Below are positions 63,320-64,000 of a DNA stretch of 64,000 nucleotides, piece after piece. Each line of letters opens with the position of its first letter. Within the stretch, counting starts at the first letter, position 1. Below the pieces are notes generated by a model. It had not been told where the DNA came from, made no database searches, and saw nothing but the letters and a program-made list of their open reading frames with translations. The stretch lies in assembly GCA_015680685.1 (NCBI GenBank), contig MNCI01000178.1, forward strand, positions 210,941 through 274,940. The letters run 5' to 3'. This stretch comes from Gnetum montanum. Its lineage: Eukaryota > Plantae > Gnetophyta. Both the position numbers and the translations under genes were made by a program.

Positions 63320-63900
63320 ATATAACAAGCAGAATCTTCATCAACATCGCAATGGCTTCCCTCTGTTCCACCCCTACCACTTCTAGGTCTAGATCTTCCA
63401 TGGCTTTTAGCATTTCTTGCCAGGCCTGCAAAAACACCGCAACCGATAAGTACCGTCTTTACCCATTTGTGGCGTTGTCTACACAGCGATGACCACACCA
63501 TTTCCAATCAAACCATGCGATGTCTGAACATGCCTAACTTTGCCATGACACCTTAGTTGTACAGCCACTTTGGTGCCATATACCCTGGTCAGGTGCCCCA
63601 CGCATGTGTGATGTCACGTAGCAAGCAGCTCTCCAAGTCTAGATCCAGGTCCTGCTTCAGCGACTTGGCTAGTCTGAAGTCCATGTGATTATCTTGTTTT
63701 CCAGTTGAGCTGATGCCTGCGGTGGAGCATGGAGAATATTTCGCAATCCAATGATGAGTTTTGCATGCATGAACTCATAGACTAGGACTGTATGCAAGTT
63801 CTGGACGTAGATGCCCATGTGGTTGAGCACTGCCACCTCGTTATGCGGAAGGAAGGCAGTTACTTCATGGTTACAACGCTGCAAAATCGGCAGGCGAGGA
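63320..63900 (-). pseudogene. Receptor-like kinase (RLK/Pelle, S-domain-2-like) kinase-domain pseudogene fragment
   Basis: NEVAVL; VLVYEFM (63788-63768); DFRLAK (63681-63664, DFG motif); GT*PGYMAPKW (63585-63565, APEW-like); GVMAKLGMF..MV*LEMV. Stops, a frameshift, and no catalytic loop. Confidence 0.85.
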
Positions 63901-64000
63901 GGCTGCTCCTGTGCACAGTTTCAAATCTACCATGACCGATTATTGTGCAAAACCCATGGATGGCCGTCCGTGATTACAACACATTGTACATGAATGAACG

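Noticed and set aside
259-63993. The many 60-110 aa ORFs in the six-frame track as independent genes
   Set aside because: They are fragments of decayed TE or kinase frames, their antisense shadows, or chance ORFs. None is a supportable intact CDS.

Overview
This is an AT-rich land-plant-type heterochromatic window made almost entirely of nested, decayed Ty3/Gypsy LTR retrotransposons. I found no intact protein gene, RNA gene or CRISPR array. Four element groups are present. (i) Three Tat-like elements with tRNA-Asn PBS: A1 (1-~6.9 kb), A2 (17992-~59.9 kb, fragmented) and F (~59.9-63.3 kb, minus strand). A1 and A2 stop after gag-protease and carry an antisense intron-containing gene. (ii) An Athila-like family with ~830-bp TGAT...ATCA LTRs and tRNA-Asp PBS: gag-pol copy B, pol-less copy C with a long extra ORF, a minus-strand pol fragment, an internally deleted copy and a solo LTR. 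(iii) A 3.66-kb solo LTR with a perfect 5-bp TSD. (iv) A full-length chromovirus E (45254-59639) with a tRNA-iMet PBS, a chromodomain, an antisense multi-exon gene between PBS and gag, and a ~820-bp tandem array before the PPT. A receptor-like kinase pseudogene lies at the right edge. The best candidate for a new system is an array of ~16-17 regularly spaced (~180-220 bp) nested palindromes (core GGACTACGCTGG-G-CCAGCGTAGTCC). It sits directly upstream of an antisense plant-mobile-domain-like gene, and the same motif is scattered in the LTR. This suggests an element-encoded regulator plus cognate binding sites (inference). All alignments and domain calls were made by eye, and some boundaries are approximate.
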